Shown here piece after piece: positions 26,379 to 36,778 of a DNA stretch of 64,000 bases (positions are counted from its first letter, which is position 1; the number at the start of each line of letters is the position of its first letter). Location: positions 82,191 through 146,190 of the forward strand of contig CACHVZ010000002.1 of NCBI GenBank assembly GCA_902583445.1. The letters run 5' to 3'. A program made the position numbers and the translations under genes. This DNA is from an uncultured Bacteroidota bacterium. GTDB taxonomy: Bacteria; Bacteroidota; Bacteroidia; Flavobacteriales; Flavobacteriaceae. The notes beneath the pieces are model-generated. The model saw nothing but the letters and a program-made list of their open reading frames with translations. It did not search any database and was not told the origin of the DNA.

Positions 26379-28190
26379 ATGGATACAAATTTTAGTTTCG
26401 ATTTACCAAAAAACAAAAGTAATGTTATGAAAGTAATGGGAGTAGGAGGTGGAGGAAGTAATGCTGTAAATTACATGTATAAACAAGGAATCAAAGGTGT
26501 TGATTTCATTGTTTGTAATACTGACTCTCAAGCTCTTGAAGAGAGTCCTGTGCCTAATAAAATTCAGCTAGGAGTTAATCTTACTGAAGGTTTAGGTGCT
26601 GGAGCAAATCCAGAAATAGGAAAATTAGCTGCTTTAGAAAGCTATGAGGAGTTAAAAAATTTACTAGAAACACAAACTAAAATGTTGTTTATAACTGCTG
26701 GAATGGGCGGAGGTACAGGAACTGGTGCTGCTCCAATAATAGCTGAAATGGCAAAGGAATTTGATATCTTGACTGTAGGAATAGTTACTATACCATTTAA
26801 TTTTGAAGGAAAAAATAGAGAGCTACAAGCTATTAAGGGTTTAGAGAAATTAAAAAGATCTGTAGACTCTTTAATTATAATAAATAATAATAAATTAAGA
26901 GAAGTATATGGTAACCTTGGATTTAAAGAAGGATTCTCAAAAGCTGATGAGGTACTTGCTACAGCTGCGAAGGGAGTAGCTCAAGTTATAACCCATCATT
27001 ATACTCAAAATATTGATTTAAAAGACGCCAAAACAGTACTTTCAAATAGTGGTACTGCTATAATGGGCTCTTCAACTGCAAGTGGATCTAATAGGGCAAA
27101 TGAAGCGGTTATAAAAGCTTTGGACTCTCCATTGCTTAATGATAACAAAATAGAAGGTAGTAAAAATGTTCTTCTGTTAATTATTTCTGGATCTGATGAG
27201 ATTACTATAGATGAAATAGGAGAGATTAATGAGCATATTCAGAATGAGACAGGTAACAGTGCAAATATAATAATGGGAGTTGGAGAAGATCTTGATCTTG
27301 GAAATAATATATCTGTTACTGTTATCGCTACTGGATTTGGTGATGAGAAACAACAGAGTTTAGTGAACTCAGAGACAAAGAAAGTTATTTATACACTTGA
27401 TGAAGATCATCCATTTGAAAAGAAATTAATTGAAGAAGATATAGATGAGGAAACTGAAATAATAGAAGATAAATCAAATGAGGAAAGTCCTTACGATTTT
27501 CAGCAAAAGAAGATTGAGAGTGAAATAAATGAAATTTTAAGAAACATAGAAATTAGTTATGAAGTAGTTGAAGCAGATGAACAATTAATAAATATAAATG
27601 AAATTGAAATAATAGATTTTGAACATGTTTTACCTGAGGATATAGGTATTATAGATAATCAGGAAAATTATGATGAAATATCATTTGGTCTATTTTCAGA
27701 TAATTTGGAGAAAGAAGTAATTAATAATAATGACTATGAAGAAAATAATGTTGATGAACAAACTTCGCAATTTGATGAAATAAATTCTTATGTGGATAAT
27801 GAAGATGAGGAAGGTATAGAGTTTATAAAATTAGATCTTAATGATAATGTAAATCAAATAAAAGAAATTAAAACAGGTGAAGAAGAATCCAATAATGAAA
27901 CCATAGATTACCAAGAAGATAATTATTTATTTGAAAAACCAATAGAGGTGGATTCCGATAATGAAAATATAATTAGGAGGGAAAATTTAAAAAAATATAA
28001 CCATATTTTTAAAAGTAATAACTCTTCAATTGAAGATTTAGAAAAAATACCAGCATATAAAAGAATGGGTATTGAAATAAATAATTCAAAGTCTGAAAGT
28101 GATGAAATATTTTCAAAGACTATTCTAAATGAAGAGAATAAATTAGAATTCCCAGATGTTAATACATATTTAAATGATAACGTAGATTAA
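26379..28190 (+). CDS. ftsZ: Cell division protein FtsZ with a long acidic C-terminal linker
   Basis: 603 aa with the tubulin signature GMGGGTGTGAAP and a conserved C-terminal peptide, DLEKIPAYKRMGI. Confidence 0.92.
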   Translation: MDTNFSFDLPKNKSNVMKVMGVGGGGSNAVNYMYKQGIKGVDFIVCNTDSQALEESPVPNKIQLGVNLTEGLGAGANPEIGKLAALESYEELKNLLETQTKMLFITAGMGGGTGTGAAPIIAEMAKEFDILTVGIVTIPFNFEGKNRELQAIKGLEKLKRSVDSLIIINNNKLREVYGNLGFKEGFSKADEVLATAAKGVAQVITHHYTQNIDLKDAKTVLSNSGTAIMGSSTASGSNRANEAVIKALDSPLLNDNKIEGSKNVLLLIISGSDEITIDEIGEINEHIQNETGNSANIIMGVGEDLDLGNNISVTVIATGFGDEKQQSLVNSETKKVIYTLDEDHPFEKKLIEEDIDEETEIIEDKSNEESPYDFQQKKIESEINEILRNIEISYEVVEADEQLININEIEIIDFEHVLPEDIGIIDNQENYDEISFGLFSDNLEKEVINNNDYEENNVDEQTSQFDEINSYVDNEDEEGIEFIKLDLNDNVNQIKEIKTGEEESNNETIDYQEDNYLFEKPIEVDSDNENIIRRENLKKYNHIFKSNNSSIEDLEKIPAYKRMGIEINNSKSESDEIFSKTILNEENKLEFPDVNTYLNDNVD

Positions 28191-28195
28191 TTAAA

Positions 28196-28648
28196 ATGAA
28201 TATAGAAAATCAAATAAATGAGTCTATTAAAGACTCAATGAAAAAAAAAGATAGTCTTAGACTAGAATCGTTAAGATCGATTAAATCTGCAATTCTACAA
28301 GAGAAGACTAAGTTTTCTTCACATAAGACTTTAGATGAGAATGAAATTTTAAAAATTCTTCAAAGGCTTGTTAAGCAAAGAAATGATAGTGCAAAAATCT
28401 ATAATGAACAAAATAGAGAAGATTTAGCAAATATTGAGGTTGCCCAATCAAAAATTATTTCAGAGTTTCTTCCAGAACAACTAAATGAAACAGAATTAAC
28501 TGAAATAATCAACACTACAATAACTGAGTTAAATGCTACCTCAATGAAAGATATGGGAACTGTAATTTCTGAAGTTAATAAAAAAGTATCAGGAAGAGCC
28601 GAGGGAAGAGTAATAGCTGAGATAGTAAAAAATAAATTATCAAATTAA
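28196..28648 (+). CDS. GatB/YqeY domain protein
   Basis: 150 aa with the YqeY-like helical pattern (MKKKDSLRLESLRSIKSAI...). Confidence 0.7.
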   Translation: MNIENQINESIKDSMKKKDSLRLESLRSIKSAILQEKTKFSSHKTLDENEILKILQRLVKQRNDSAKIYNEQNREDLANIEVAQSKIISEFLPEQLNETELTEIINTTITELNATSMKDMGTVISEVNKKVSGRAEGRVIAEIVKNKLSN

Positions 28649-28663
28649 TAAGTTGTAGAACCT

Positions 28664-29929
28664 CTAAGTAACTATATTTCTAGACTCATCTTTACTTTCA
28701 TACTCTTTAGATTCAATTATATTAATAAGTCTAATACAAATTATATATATATCTTTAAATGAGATATAAAGGGGTGTTAATGCAATTCGAATTATATTAG
28801 GCGGTCTAAAATCTACAATAATCTTTTTTTCCCCATGATATTCTGGATCTGTAAGACACTTTGTTATTCTCCAAGATTCTTCATGGACTATTGATATATG
28901 AGAACCTCTATCATCTTTATTTTTAGGAGTGATAATTTTAAATCCTAAATTCATTAACCTGTCATTAAAAATTTCAGTAAAAAAGTTAAATAAATCTACA
29001 GCCTTATTCTCTAGTTTTTTAGTTGTTGCATTTATAGTTATGTCTAGTGAAGAGTCTAGAGTAGACATTGAAATTATATGAGGTGTTCCACTTGAGAATT
29101 TACTCATTGATTCTGACTGAATATATGTCTTTGAAAAATTAAATGGATTTGAATGACTAAACCACCCTTTTATTGGGGACTTAAGGCCTATCTGTTTTTC
29201 ATTTCTAGCATATATAAAAGCTGGTGAACCTGGACCTCCATTTAAATATTTATAGGTACAACCTATCGCATAATCAATATTATTGACTTTCATATCAATA
29301 TCTATAGCTCCAATTGCGTGACTTAAATCCCAAATAACAATGCTATCATTTTCTTGACAAATTCTATTTATTTTTTTTACAGGATATCTGTATGAAGATT
29401 TGTAATTAACTAGTGATAGAACAATTATACCTTTATTATTCTTAATAAATTGTTCAAGCACATCAATCTCTGGTAAATAATTTTCATACTCTAGAAGATT
29501 AAATTTTAAATTGTAGTCATTACAAATGCCCTCGCAGATATATTTATCTGAAGGAAAATTAAGATTGTCAGTAGAGATATTTATAATACTGTTGTTCCTT
29601 TTTATAAGGCTTAATAATAACTTATAGAGATTTAAAGAAGTAGATCCTCCTACATATATTTCAGTTTCATTTGAATTCAAGATTGTAGAAATTTTCTTAG
29701 AAACTTTATTAGGTAGGTTTATCCATGAGTTATTCCAGCCAGAGATAAGATTTTGCCCCCATTCATTATTTATAACTTTATTAAGGGCTTCTTTAGTTTT
29801 TTTTGAAAGTAGACCAAGAGAATTACCATCAAAATATAATTTATCATCTGGATAGATGAATTCACTTTTGAATTTATTTAATTTATCTTTTGAATCTAAT
29901 TCTTTTGCTAATTCTTCTAGTCTATCCAA
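28664..29929 (-). CDS. kynU: Kynureninase (PLP-dependent)
   Basis: 421 aa with YFDGNSLGLL ... WGQNLISGW. The PLP-lysine context is CTYKYLNGGPG. Confidence 0.75.
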   Translation of the reverse strand: MDRLEELAKELDSKDKLNKFKSEFIYPDDKLYFDGNSLGLLSKKTKEALNKVINNEWGQNLISGWNNSWINLPNKVSKKISTILNSNETEIYVGGSTSLNLYKLLLSLIKRNNSIINISTDNLNFPSDKYICEGICNDYNLKFNLLEYENYLPEIDVLEQFIKNNKGIIVLSLVNYKSSYRYPVKKINRICQENDSIVIWDLSHAIGAIDIDMKVNNIDYAIGCTYKYLNGGPGSPAFIYARNEKQIGLKSPIKGWFSHSNPFNFSKTYIQSESMSKFSSGTPHIISMSTLDSSLDITINATTKKLENKAVDLFNFFTEIFNDRLMNLGFKIITPKNKDDRGSHISIVHEESWRITKCLTDPEYHGEKKIIVDFRPPNIIRIALTPLYISFKDIYIICIRLINIIESKEYESKDESRNIVT

Positions 29930-30660
29930 GTTTCATAAATTTTTTTTGCCCATTCCAAGTACATCAATCCACTTGGATGAAGATTATCAGAAGCTATTAA
30001 ATTACTTTCATTTATTGCTCTTCTGGAAATCTCTGTAACATCAACATACTTGAGTCTATTAATATTTGCAAAAGTTATTAAGCTATTGTTAAATAAATTT
30101 ATTTTAGATGAAATTTCTTCTCTATTATGTGAATTTCCAAAAGGAGTATATCCCCAATCTGGTATAGAAATAATAATGATATTTCCATTACTTTTTTTAA
30201 GACTATTCATCTTATCCATTAGTTTGTTAAGATCTTTCTCAAATTCATCAATAGATCTTGAATTAAATTGGTTGTTTACTCCAATTAAAAGAGAAACATA
30301 GTCATACTTTTGAGCAAAGTTGGTCTGACTTATTGCATTCAAAAGATCATAAGTCTTCCAACCAGTTTCAGCTATGATTTCAGGTTTTTCAAAGTCTAGA
30401 CCATTTTCATATGCAATTTCAACAAATTGATTTGGCCATCTTTCATTTTCGTTTACTCCTTCTCCAATTGTGTAGCTATCACCTAGAGCTAGAAAACTAA
30501 ATTTTGAAATACTTGAGTTAGTTAAATCAATTTCATTTGATTCAGAATTTTCATTCTTAATATTACTATAGTTTATGTCGTTTTCTGAAGTATTTTCAGG
30601 ACTACAGGATAATGACAATAAAAAAATAGAAACTAATATACTTCTAATGAATATTTCCAT
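29917..30660 (-). CDS. SGNH/GDSL hydrolase lipoprotein
   Basis: 247 aa with the lipobox LSLSC, a GDS block (LALGDSYTIGEG), GVNN, and a DxxH block (DNLHPS). Confidence 0.7.
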   Translation of the reverse strand: MEIFIRSILVSIFLLSLSCSPENTSENDINYSNIKNENSESNEIDLTNSSISKFSFLALGDSYTIGEGVNENERWPNQFVEIAYENGLDFEKPEIIAETGWKTYDLLNAISQTNFAQKYDYVSLLIGVNNQFNSRSIDEFEKDLNKLMDKMNSLKKSNGNIIIISIPDWGYTPFGNSHNREEISSKINLFNNSLITFANINRLKYVDVTEISRRAINESNLIASDNLHPSGLMYLEWAKKIYETWID

Positions 30661-30695
30661 TTATAATTTTACTGAATATAAATTTATTAATTATC

Positions 30696-31349
30696 TTATT
30701 TAAGAGCATCAATTGCAATATTATAATCGGGTGAATTAAATATGTAACTTCCAGCAACTAAAACATCTGCTCCATTAGATTTAAGGTTTTGAAAGTTATC
30801 TTTATTTACTCCTCCATCTACTTCTATTAAAGCATTTGATTCATAGGAAATAATTAATTGTTTTAATTCTTTAAGTCTCTCTGTTGTGGATTCAATAAAT
30901 TTTTGACCAGCAAATCCTGGATTAACTCCCATTAAACAAATTAAATCGACCTCTTTGATGTATTCTTTTAATTCATATATAGGAGTTTCAGGATTTATAG
31001 CAATTCCAGCCTTTAGTGAAGATTCATGAATCTTATTAATTATTTGATTTAAATTATTTGTTGCCTCTATGTGAACTGTAATTATATCAGATCCAAGATT
31101 TATAAATTCGGTTATATACTTTTCAGGCTCAACGATCATAAGATGAACATCTAAAGGCTTTTTAGTTAGTTGTCTTATGGTCTTAACAACTGGCATACCA
31201 AAAGATATATTAGGAACAAACAGTCCATCCATTACATCAAGATGAAACCAGTCAGCATTGCTTTTATCTATTTTAGAACACTCTAAAGATAAATTAGCAA
31301 AATCTGCTGCAAGAATAGAGGGAGAAACTTTTATTGACATATTTGCCAA
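30696..31349 (-). CDS. rpe: Ribulose-phosphate 3-epimerase
   Basis: 217 aa with SPSILAADF, HLDVMDG and VDGG. The ORF-track start is TTG. The ATG at 31340 (MSIKVSPSIL) is the more likely start. Confidence 0.9.
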   Translation of the reverse strand: MANMSIKVSPSILAADFANLSLECSKIDKSNADWFHLDVMDGLFVPNISFGMPVVKTIRQLTKKPLDVHLMIVEPEKYITEFINLGSDIITVHIEATNNLNQIINKIHESSLKAGIAINPETPIYELKEYIKEVDLICLMGVNPGFAGQKFIESTTERLKELKQLIISYESNALIEVDGGVNKDNFQNLKSNGADVLVAGSYIFNSPDYNIAIDALK

Positions 31350-31412
31350 TATATAGTTTTAAAAAATAATACAGAAAATCAATTAGAAAAAGATATAAAC
31401 ATGCTCACCTAA

Positions 31413-32276
31413 CTATCCAAGATAAGTTTTCAGAATTTTGCTCCTAGAGGTATGCTTTAACCTTCTAATTGCCTTTTCTTTGATTTGTCTAACTCTTTCC
31501 CTAGTCAAATCAAATGTTTCACCTATTTCTTCTAAAGTCATGGCATGTTGGTTGCCAAGACCAAAATACAATCTTACAACATCAGCTTCTCTTGGGGTTA
31601 GAGTATCAAGCGCTCTTTCAATTTCAGTTCTAAGTGATTCATGAAGAAGTTGTCTGTCAGGATTTGGTGATTCTCCACTATTTAAAACATCATATAAGTT
31701 AGAGTCTTCACCTTCAACTAAAGGTGCGTCCATTGATACATGTCTTCCAGAATTTTTTAAAGATTCTTTTACATCATTAACAGTCATATCAAGCTCTTTA
31801 GCAATTTCTTCTGCTGAAGGTGCTCTCTCATGAGCTTGCTCTAGAAACGCATAAGTTTTATTTATTTTATTAATCGAACCAATCTTATTTAATGGTAATC
31901 TAACAATTCTTGATTGTTCAGCTAAAGCTTGCAGGATTGATTGCCTAATCCACCAGACAGCATATGAGATAAATTTAAAACCTCTAGTTTCATCAAATCT
32001 TTGGGCAGCCTTAATTAGACCAAGATTACCTTCATTAATAAGGTCGGGAAGTGTTAATCCTTGATTTTGGTATTGCTTAGCTACAGATACTACAAACCTT
32101 AAATTGGCTTTAGTAAGTTTTTCTAGTGCAAATTGATCTCCGGCTTTAATCCTTTGAGCTAATTCAACTTCTTCCTCCGCAGTAATAAGGTCAACCTTAC
32201 CAATCTCCTGAAGATATTTATCTAGAGAAGCAGTTTCTCTATTGGTTACCTGTTTAGTTATTTTTAATTGTCTCAT
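31413..32276 (-). CDS. rpoD: Primary RNA polymerase sigma factor (Bacteroidetes sigma-A type, no region 1.1)
   Basis: 287 aa with region 2 (YAVWWIRQ) and region 4.2 ([23 protein letters not shown]). Confidence 0.92.
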   Translation of the reverse strand: MRQLKITKQVTNRETASLDKYLQEIGKVDLITAEEEVELAQRIKAGDQFALEKLTKANLRFVVSVAKQYQNQGLTLPDLINEGNLGLIKAAQRFDETRGFKFISYAVWWIRQSILQALAEQSRIVRLPLNKIGSINKINKTYAFLEQAHERAPSAEEIAKELDMTVNDVKESLKNSGRHVSMDAPLVEGEDSNLYDVLNSGESPNPDRQLLHESLRTEIERALDTLTPREADVVRLYFGLGNQHAMTLEEIGETFDLTRERVRQIKEKAIRRLKHTSRSKILKTYLG

Positions 32277-32319
32277 AGACTAATTAATGCCACAAAAATT
32301 GTTCCAAATTGAAAAAAAA

Positions 32320-34431
32320 TTAAGATTTTTTTTCAAGTAAAACTTTTCTTGAAATTTTAGATTTTTTTGTTCTAGGGTCAATTCCCAGATATTTAATTTC
32401 AATTTTATCGCCAATATTCAAATAATCCGTAACATTATTAACTCTCTCCCATGCAATTTCAGATACATGTAGAAGAGCCTCTTTGCCAGGCACAAATTCA
32501 ACTACTGCCCCAAAATCAAGAATCTTGATTACTTTGACATTATAAACTTCATCGATTACAGGCTCAAAAACTAGATTTTTAATTCTGTCAATAGCATAGT
32601 TAATCTTTTCTTGATCAACCCCTAAAATTTCAATAACACCAATTTCATCTTTCTCATTTATTACAATTGTAGTTTCAGTATCCTTTTGAAGTTCTTGAAT
32701 ATTTTTACCTCCTGGCCCTATTACCAGTCCAATAAAGTCTTTGGCAATTTCAAGATTAACCATTTTTGGAGCATGAGCTTTAACTGAATCTTTTGGATTA
32801 TTTATTGTTTCATCTAATTTATTCAATATATCTAATCTTCCATTTTTAGATTGACCAAGTGCTTCAATTAAAATCTCGTATTTTAATCCTTTAATTTTAA
32901 TATCCATTTGACATGCAGTGATTCCATCTTTAGTACCTGTTACTTTAAAATCCATATCCCCAAGATGATCTTCATCACCTAAAATATCAGATAATACAGC
33001 ATATTTATCACCATCGGTAATTAAACCCATTGCTATCCCTGAAACATTACTTTTAATATTAATTCCAGCATCCATCAATGCAAGAGATCCCGCACAGACT
33101 GAAGCCATAGAGGACGATCCATTAGATTCTAAAATTTCAGATACAATTCTAACTGTATAAGGACAATCAGATGGCATAACTTTTTTAAGAGCCCTTTGAG
33201 CAAGATTTCCATGACCAACTTCTCTTCTTGAAGTTCCTCTCAATGGTCTTGCCTCTCCAGTTGAAAATGGTGGAAAATTATAATGTAAATAAAAGGTTTC
33301 TTCAGATTGATCAGTTGGCATATCAATTACGTTAGCTTCCCTGCTTGTTCCAAGTGTAACCGAAGTCAGAGCTTGCGTTTCACCTCTAGTAAAGACTGCA
33401 GATCCATGAGTAGATGGTAGGTAATCGATTTCAGTCCAGATATTTCTAATGTTATCAGGTTTTCTTCCATCAAGCCTTATACCTTCATTAAGAACTAAAT
33501 CCCTAACTGCCTTTTTTTGTGATTTATTATAGTAATTTAGAATTAGATCTTTTTTTTCTTCAAATGATTCTTCGTCAAACGATTCGACTAATTCTTGCTT
33601 TATTGTTGAAAAAAGTTCACTTCTTTCATTTTTAGAAAGACCTTTTTTTGCTATATCATAACATTTTTGATAAGTTTTTTCAATAATTTGATTTTCAAGC
33701 TCTGTGTCTTCCTCAGCGGAATCATATTCCCTTTTTTTAGAACTGACTCCAACAAGTTCAATCAGCTCTTTTTGAGCCTTAATTTGAGCTTTTATTTCCT
33801 CATGAGCATATCTTATTGCTTCTGTCATTTCCTCTTCAGAAATCTCATTAAATTCACCTTCAACCATAACAACTGAATCTTCACTAGCACCAACTATCAT
33901 ATCTATATCAGATTCTACAAGCTGAGCTTTTGATGGATTTATTAAGAAATTTCCATCAATTCTCGCCACTCTAACTTCAGAAATAGGACCATCAAATGGT
34001 ATATCTGATAATGATAGTGCAGCAGAAGCAGCCAAACCAACTAATGCATCTGGCATTACGTTTTCATCATGAGACATTAATTGTATCATAACCTGGGTTT
34101 CATTATAATAATCTTTAGGGAATAAAGGCCTTAGAACTCTGTCAACAATTCTCATTGTTAAAATTTCTTCATTACTTGGTCTTGCTTCTCTTTTAAAAAA
34201 ACCGCCTGGAAATCTTCCAGCAGAAGCAAATTTCTCTCTATAATCCACTGTTAAAGGAAGAAAATCTAGCTTTGACTCTCCATAATTAGAAACTACTGTA
34301 GATAAAAGCATACAGTTGCCCATTTTTATTACTACTGAGCCGTGTGCTTGTTTTGCTAGTTTACCTGTTTCAATGATAATTTCACGTCCATCATTTAAAA
34401 CAATTGTTTTTGATAAAGGTTTTGGATTCAT
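32320..34431 (-). CDS. pnp: Polyribonucleotide nucleotidyltransferase (PNPase)
   Basis: 703 aa with two RNase PH domains, a KH domain (GPGGKNI) and a C-terminal S1 domain. Confidence 0.95.
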   Translation of the reverse strand: MNPKPLSKTIVLNDGREIIIETGKLAKQAHGSVVIKMGNCMLLSTVVSNYGESKLDFLPLTVDYREKFASAGRFPGGFFKREARPSNEEILTMRIVDRVLRPLFPKDYYNETQVMIQLMSHDENVMPDALVGLAASAALSLSDIPFDGPISEVRVARIDGNFLINPSKAQLVESDIDMIVGASEDSVVMVEGEFNEISEEEMTEAIRYAHEEIKAQIKAQKELIELVGVSSKKREYDSAEEDTELENQIIEKTYQKCYDIAKKGLSKNERSELFSTIKQELVESFDEESFEEKKDLILNYYNKSQKKAVRDLVLNEGIRLDGRKPDNIRNIWTEIDYLPSTHGSAVFTRGETQALTSVTLGTSREANVIDMPTDQSEETFYLHYNFPPFSTGEARPLRGTSRREVGHGNLAQRALKKVMPSDCPYTVRIVSEILESNGSSSMASVCAGSLALMDAGINIKSNVSGIAMGLITDGDKYAVLSDILGDEDHLGDMDFKVTGTKDGITACQMDIKIKGLKYEILIEALGQSKNGRLDILNKLDETINNPKDSVKAHAPKMVNLEIAKDFIGLVIGPGGKNIQELQKDTETTIVINEKDEIGVIEILGVDQEKINYAIDRIKNLVFEPVIDEVYNVKVIKILDFGAVVEFVPGKEALLHVSEIAWERVNNVTDYLNIGDKIEIKYLGIDPRTKKSKISRKVLLEKKS

Positions 34432-34489
34432 AATTTAGTTTAGGTTTAAATTAATTGTTGTGTGAAAATGTAGACAACCAAACTAAATT
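34432..34489 (-). promoter_or_regulatory. Long hairpin spanning the whole rpsO-pnp spacer (candidate pnp leader or processing site)
   Basis: Bases 34432-34446 pair with 34476-34489. That is 14 bp with one bulged base at 34442 and a 29-nt loop. The arms abut the rpsO stop and the pnp ATG. Confidence 0.5.
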
Positions 34490-34753
34490 TTACTTTCTGA
34501 TACCAAGTTTTTTAATTATATCACGGTATCTTTCAATATCTGTTTTCTTTAAGTACTCAAGTAAGTTTCTTCTTTTACCAACCATTTTAACAAGCGATTT
34601 CTCTGTATTGAAATCCTTTGCATTACTTGTAAGATGATTAGAAAGATGCTCTATTCTTTTCGAGAAAAGTGCAACTTGACTTTCAGCAGAACCGGTATCT
34701 TTGATGTTTTTACCAAATTCTTTAAAAATATCTTTTTTCTCAAGTACTGTCAT
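34490..34753 (-). CDS. rpsO: 30S ribosomal protein S15
   Basis: 87 aa with TGSAESQVALFSKRIEHLSNHL, in the typical position upstream of pnp. Confidence 0.95.
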   Translation of the reverse strand: MTVLEKKDIFKEFGKNIKDTGSAESQVALFSKRIEHLSNHLTSNAKDFNTEKSLVKMVGKRRNLLEYLKKTDIERYRDIIKKLGIRK

Positions 34754-34771
34754 TCAGTTATTTTTGAGCCG

Positions 34772-34779
34772 CAAATATA
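34772..34779 (-). promoter_or_regulatory. Candidate -7 promoter box for rpsO
   Basis: The reverse strand reads TATATTTG, 18 nt upstream of the rpsO ATG. Confidence 0.45.
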
Positions 34780-34806
34780 GTAGTTTATATTTAAATAAGT
34801 AAATTA

Positions 34807-35667
34807 TTATTCATATTTACGAAGAGGAGAATTTTGAATTAAATCGATGTACAAATTAATTTTCTTTTTTAGTTCTTTTCTGTGCACTATAAAATCTAAA
34901 AATCCTTTTTCTAAAAGAAATTCACTCTTTTGAAATCCCTCAGGCAGGTCCTTACCAGTTGTGTCTTTTACAACCCGGGGGCCAGCAAAACCAACAAGAG
35001 CATTAGGTTCCGCAATGTTTATATCACCTAACATGGCAAAGGAAGCAGTTGTTCCCCCTGTAGTTGGATCAGTACAAACCGAAATATATGGTAATTTGGC
35101 TTCAGATAGATCATTTAACATAGCAGAGGTTTTTGCCATTTGCATAAGTGATGTAGCTGATTCCATCATTCTTGCACCTCCTGATTTTGAAATAATAACT
35201 AAAGGGCATTTATATTTTATAGCATAACTGATTGATAGAGATATTTTTTCTCCTACAACTGATCCCATTGAACCACCTATAAACTTGAAATCCATGCATG
35301 CTATTACTATATTTTTACCAAAAGACTTTCCGAATCCTATTCTTATCGCATCTTTTAGACTTGTATTAGCCTGTGCTTCTTTCAATCTATCAGAGTATTT
35401 TTTTTGATCTTTGAATTTTAGAAAATCAACAGATACCATATTAGCATTCAACTCTTTGTAATTATTATCAAAAAGTATCTCAAAGTACTCTCTACTACCA
35501 ATATGGACATGATAATCATCTTCAGGACTTACATATAGGTTCCCTGAAAGCTCTTTTGTATCAATAATTTTTCCACTTGGTGTTTTATACCACAGACCAG
35601 CAGGAATGTCTTTTTTTTCCTCTGTCTTTGTACTAATATTTTTGTTTGTTCTTTTGAACCAACTCAT
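34807..35667 (-). CDS. accD: Acetyl-CoA carboxylase carboxyltransferase beta subunit
   Basis: 286 aa with [22 protein letters not shown] and LMQMAKTS. The N-terminal zinc-ribbon cysteines are absent (see findings). Confidence 0.9.
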   Translation of the reverse strand: MSWFKRTNKNISTKTEEKKDIPAGLWYKTPSGKIIDTKELSGNLYVSPEDDYHVHIGSREYFEILFDNNYKELNANMVSVDFLKFKDQKKYSDRLKEAQANTSLKDAIRIGFGKSFGKNIVIACMDFKFIGGSMGSVVGEKISLSISYAIKYKCPLVIISKSGGARMMESATSLMQMAKTSAMLNDLSEAKLPYISVCTDPTTGGTTASFAMLGDINIAEPNALVGFAGPRVVKDTTGKDLPEGFQKSEFLLEKGFLDFIVHRKELKKKINLYIDLIQNSPLRKYE

Positions 35668-35678
35668 ACTAATAGATA

Positions 35679-36737
35679 TTAATCTAAGGTATTGATATTA
35701 TTTAAATCTTCAAAAGCTTTAATTAGTCTAGCTTTAAAGCTTTCTTCACCCTTTCTTAACCATACTCTAGGATCATAATACTTTTTATTAGGAATATCAT
35801 GTCCATCAGGGTTTCCAATTTGGCTTTTTAAATATTCTGAATTTGAATTCATATAATCCCTAATACCTTCAGTAAAGGCATATTGAAGATCAGTATCAAT
35901 ATTCATTTTTACAACTCCATACTCAATTGCTTCTCTAATTTCCTGTAAAGAAGATCCTGATCCCCCATGAAAGACAAAGTCAAGTGAGTTATGAGGTAAA
36001 TTAAATTTATTTGAAATAAATTCTTGAGAGTTCTTTAAAATTTTAGGGGTAAGTTTGACATTTCCTGGTTTGTATACTCCATGAACATTTCCAAAAGCAG
36101 CTGCAATTAAAAATTTATCACTTATTGAGCTTAATTCAGAGTATGCGTATGCTACTTCTTCAGGCTGTGTATATAACTTTGAGCTATCAATGTCTGTATT
36201 GTCAACACCATCTTCTTCTCCACCTGTTACACCAAGTTCTATTTCAAGTGTCATATCAAGGTCTGTTAATTTCTTTAGATATTCTTTACAAGTAGCAATA
36301 TTTTCCTCTATAGGTTCCTCAGAAAGATCTATCATATGAGATGAAAATAATGGATATCCGTTTTTTTTATAGAATTCTTTACCATGAATAATAAGTCCAT
36401 CTATCCATGGAAGGATTTTTCTTGAGCAATGATCAGTATGAATTATAACTTTTGATCCATAATTATTAATTACTTCATGAATATGATATGCACCAGAAAT
36501 TGATCCTGAAATAGAAGCATTAAAGTTGCTATTAGACATTCCTTTTCCTGCAATAAATTGAGATCCTCCATTTGAAAATTGAATTATAACAGGACTATTA
36601 ATTTGTGATGCAGTTTCTAGAACTGGATTTATAGTATTTGTTCCCGAAACATTTATTGCTGGAATAGCAAATTTTTTCTCTTTAGCAATACTAAAAATTT
36701 TTTGATTTTGTTTTCCGTAAATAAAGTTATTGTTCAA
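35679..36737 (-). CDS. fbaA: Class II fructose-bisphosphate aldolase
   Basis: 352 aa with HTDH, GNVHG and HGGSG. The Zn ligands are retained. TTG start. Confidence 0.9.
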   Translation of the reverse strand: MNNNFIYGKQNQKIFSIAKEKKFAIPAINVSGTNTINPVLETASQINSPVIIQFSNGGSQFIAGKGMSNSNFNASISGSISGAYHIHEVINNYGSKVIIHTDHCSRKILPWIDGLIIHGKEFYKKNGYPLFSSHMIDLSEEPIEENIATCKEYLKKLTDLDMTLEIELGVTGGEEDGVDNTDIDSSKLYTQPEEVAYAYSELSSISDKFLIAAAFGNVHGVYKPGNVKLTPKILKNSQEFISNKFNLPHNSLDFVFHGGSGSSLQEIREAIEYGVVKMNIDTDLQYAFTEGIRDYMNSNSEYLKSQIGNPDGHDIPNKKYYDPRVWLRKGEESFKARLIKAFEDLNNINTLD

Positions 36738-36759
36738 TTTGAATTTTGTTAAAGTTCGT

Positions 36760-36767
36760 CAAAATTA
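36760..36767 (-). promoter_or_regulatory. Candidate -7 promoter box for fbaA
   Basis: The reverse strand reads TAATTTTG, 22 nt upstream of the TTG start. Confidence 0.4.
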
Positions 36768-36778
36768 TTAAACTTAAT

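Noticed and set aside
29856-31644. ORFs 29856..30038 (+), 30050..30301 (+) and 31438..31644 (+)
   Set aside because: They are antisense to kynU/SGNH hydrolase and rpoD, and no motif is recognisable.
33667-35227. ORFs 33667..33876 (+), 34455..34637 (+) and 34961..35227 (+)
   Set aside because: They are antisense to pnp, rpsO and accD. ORF 34455..34637 also crosses the rpsO-pnp hairpin.
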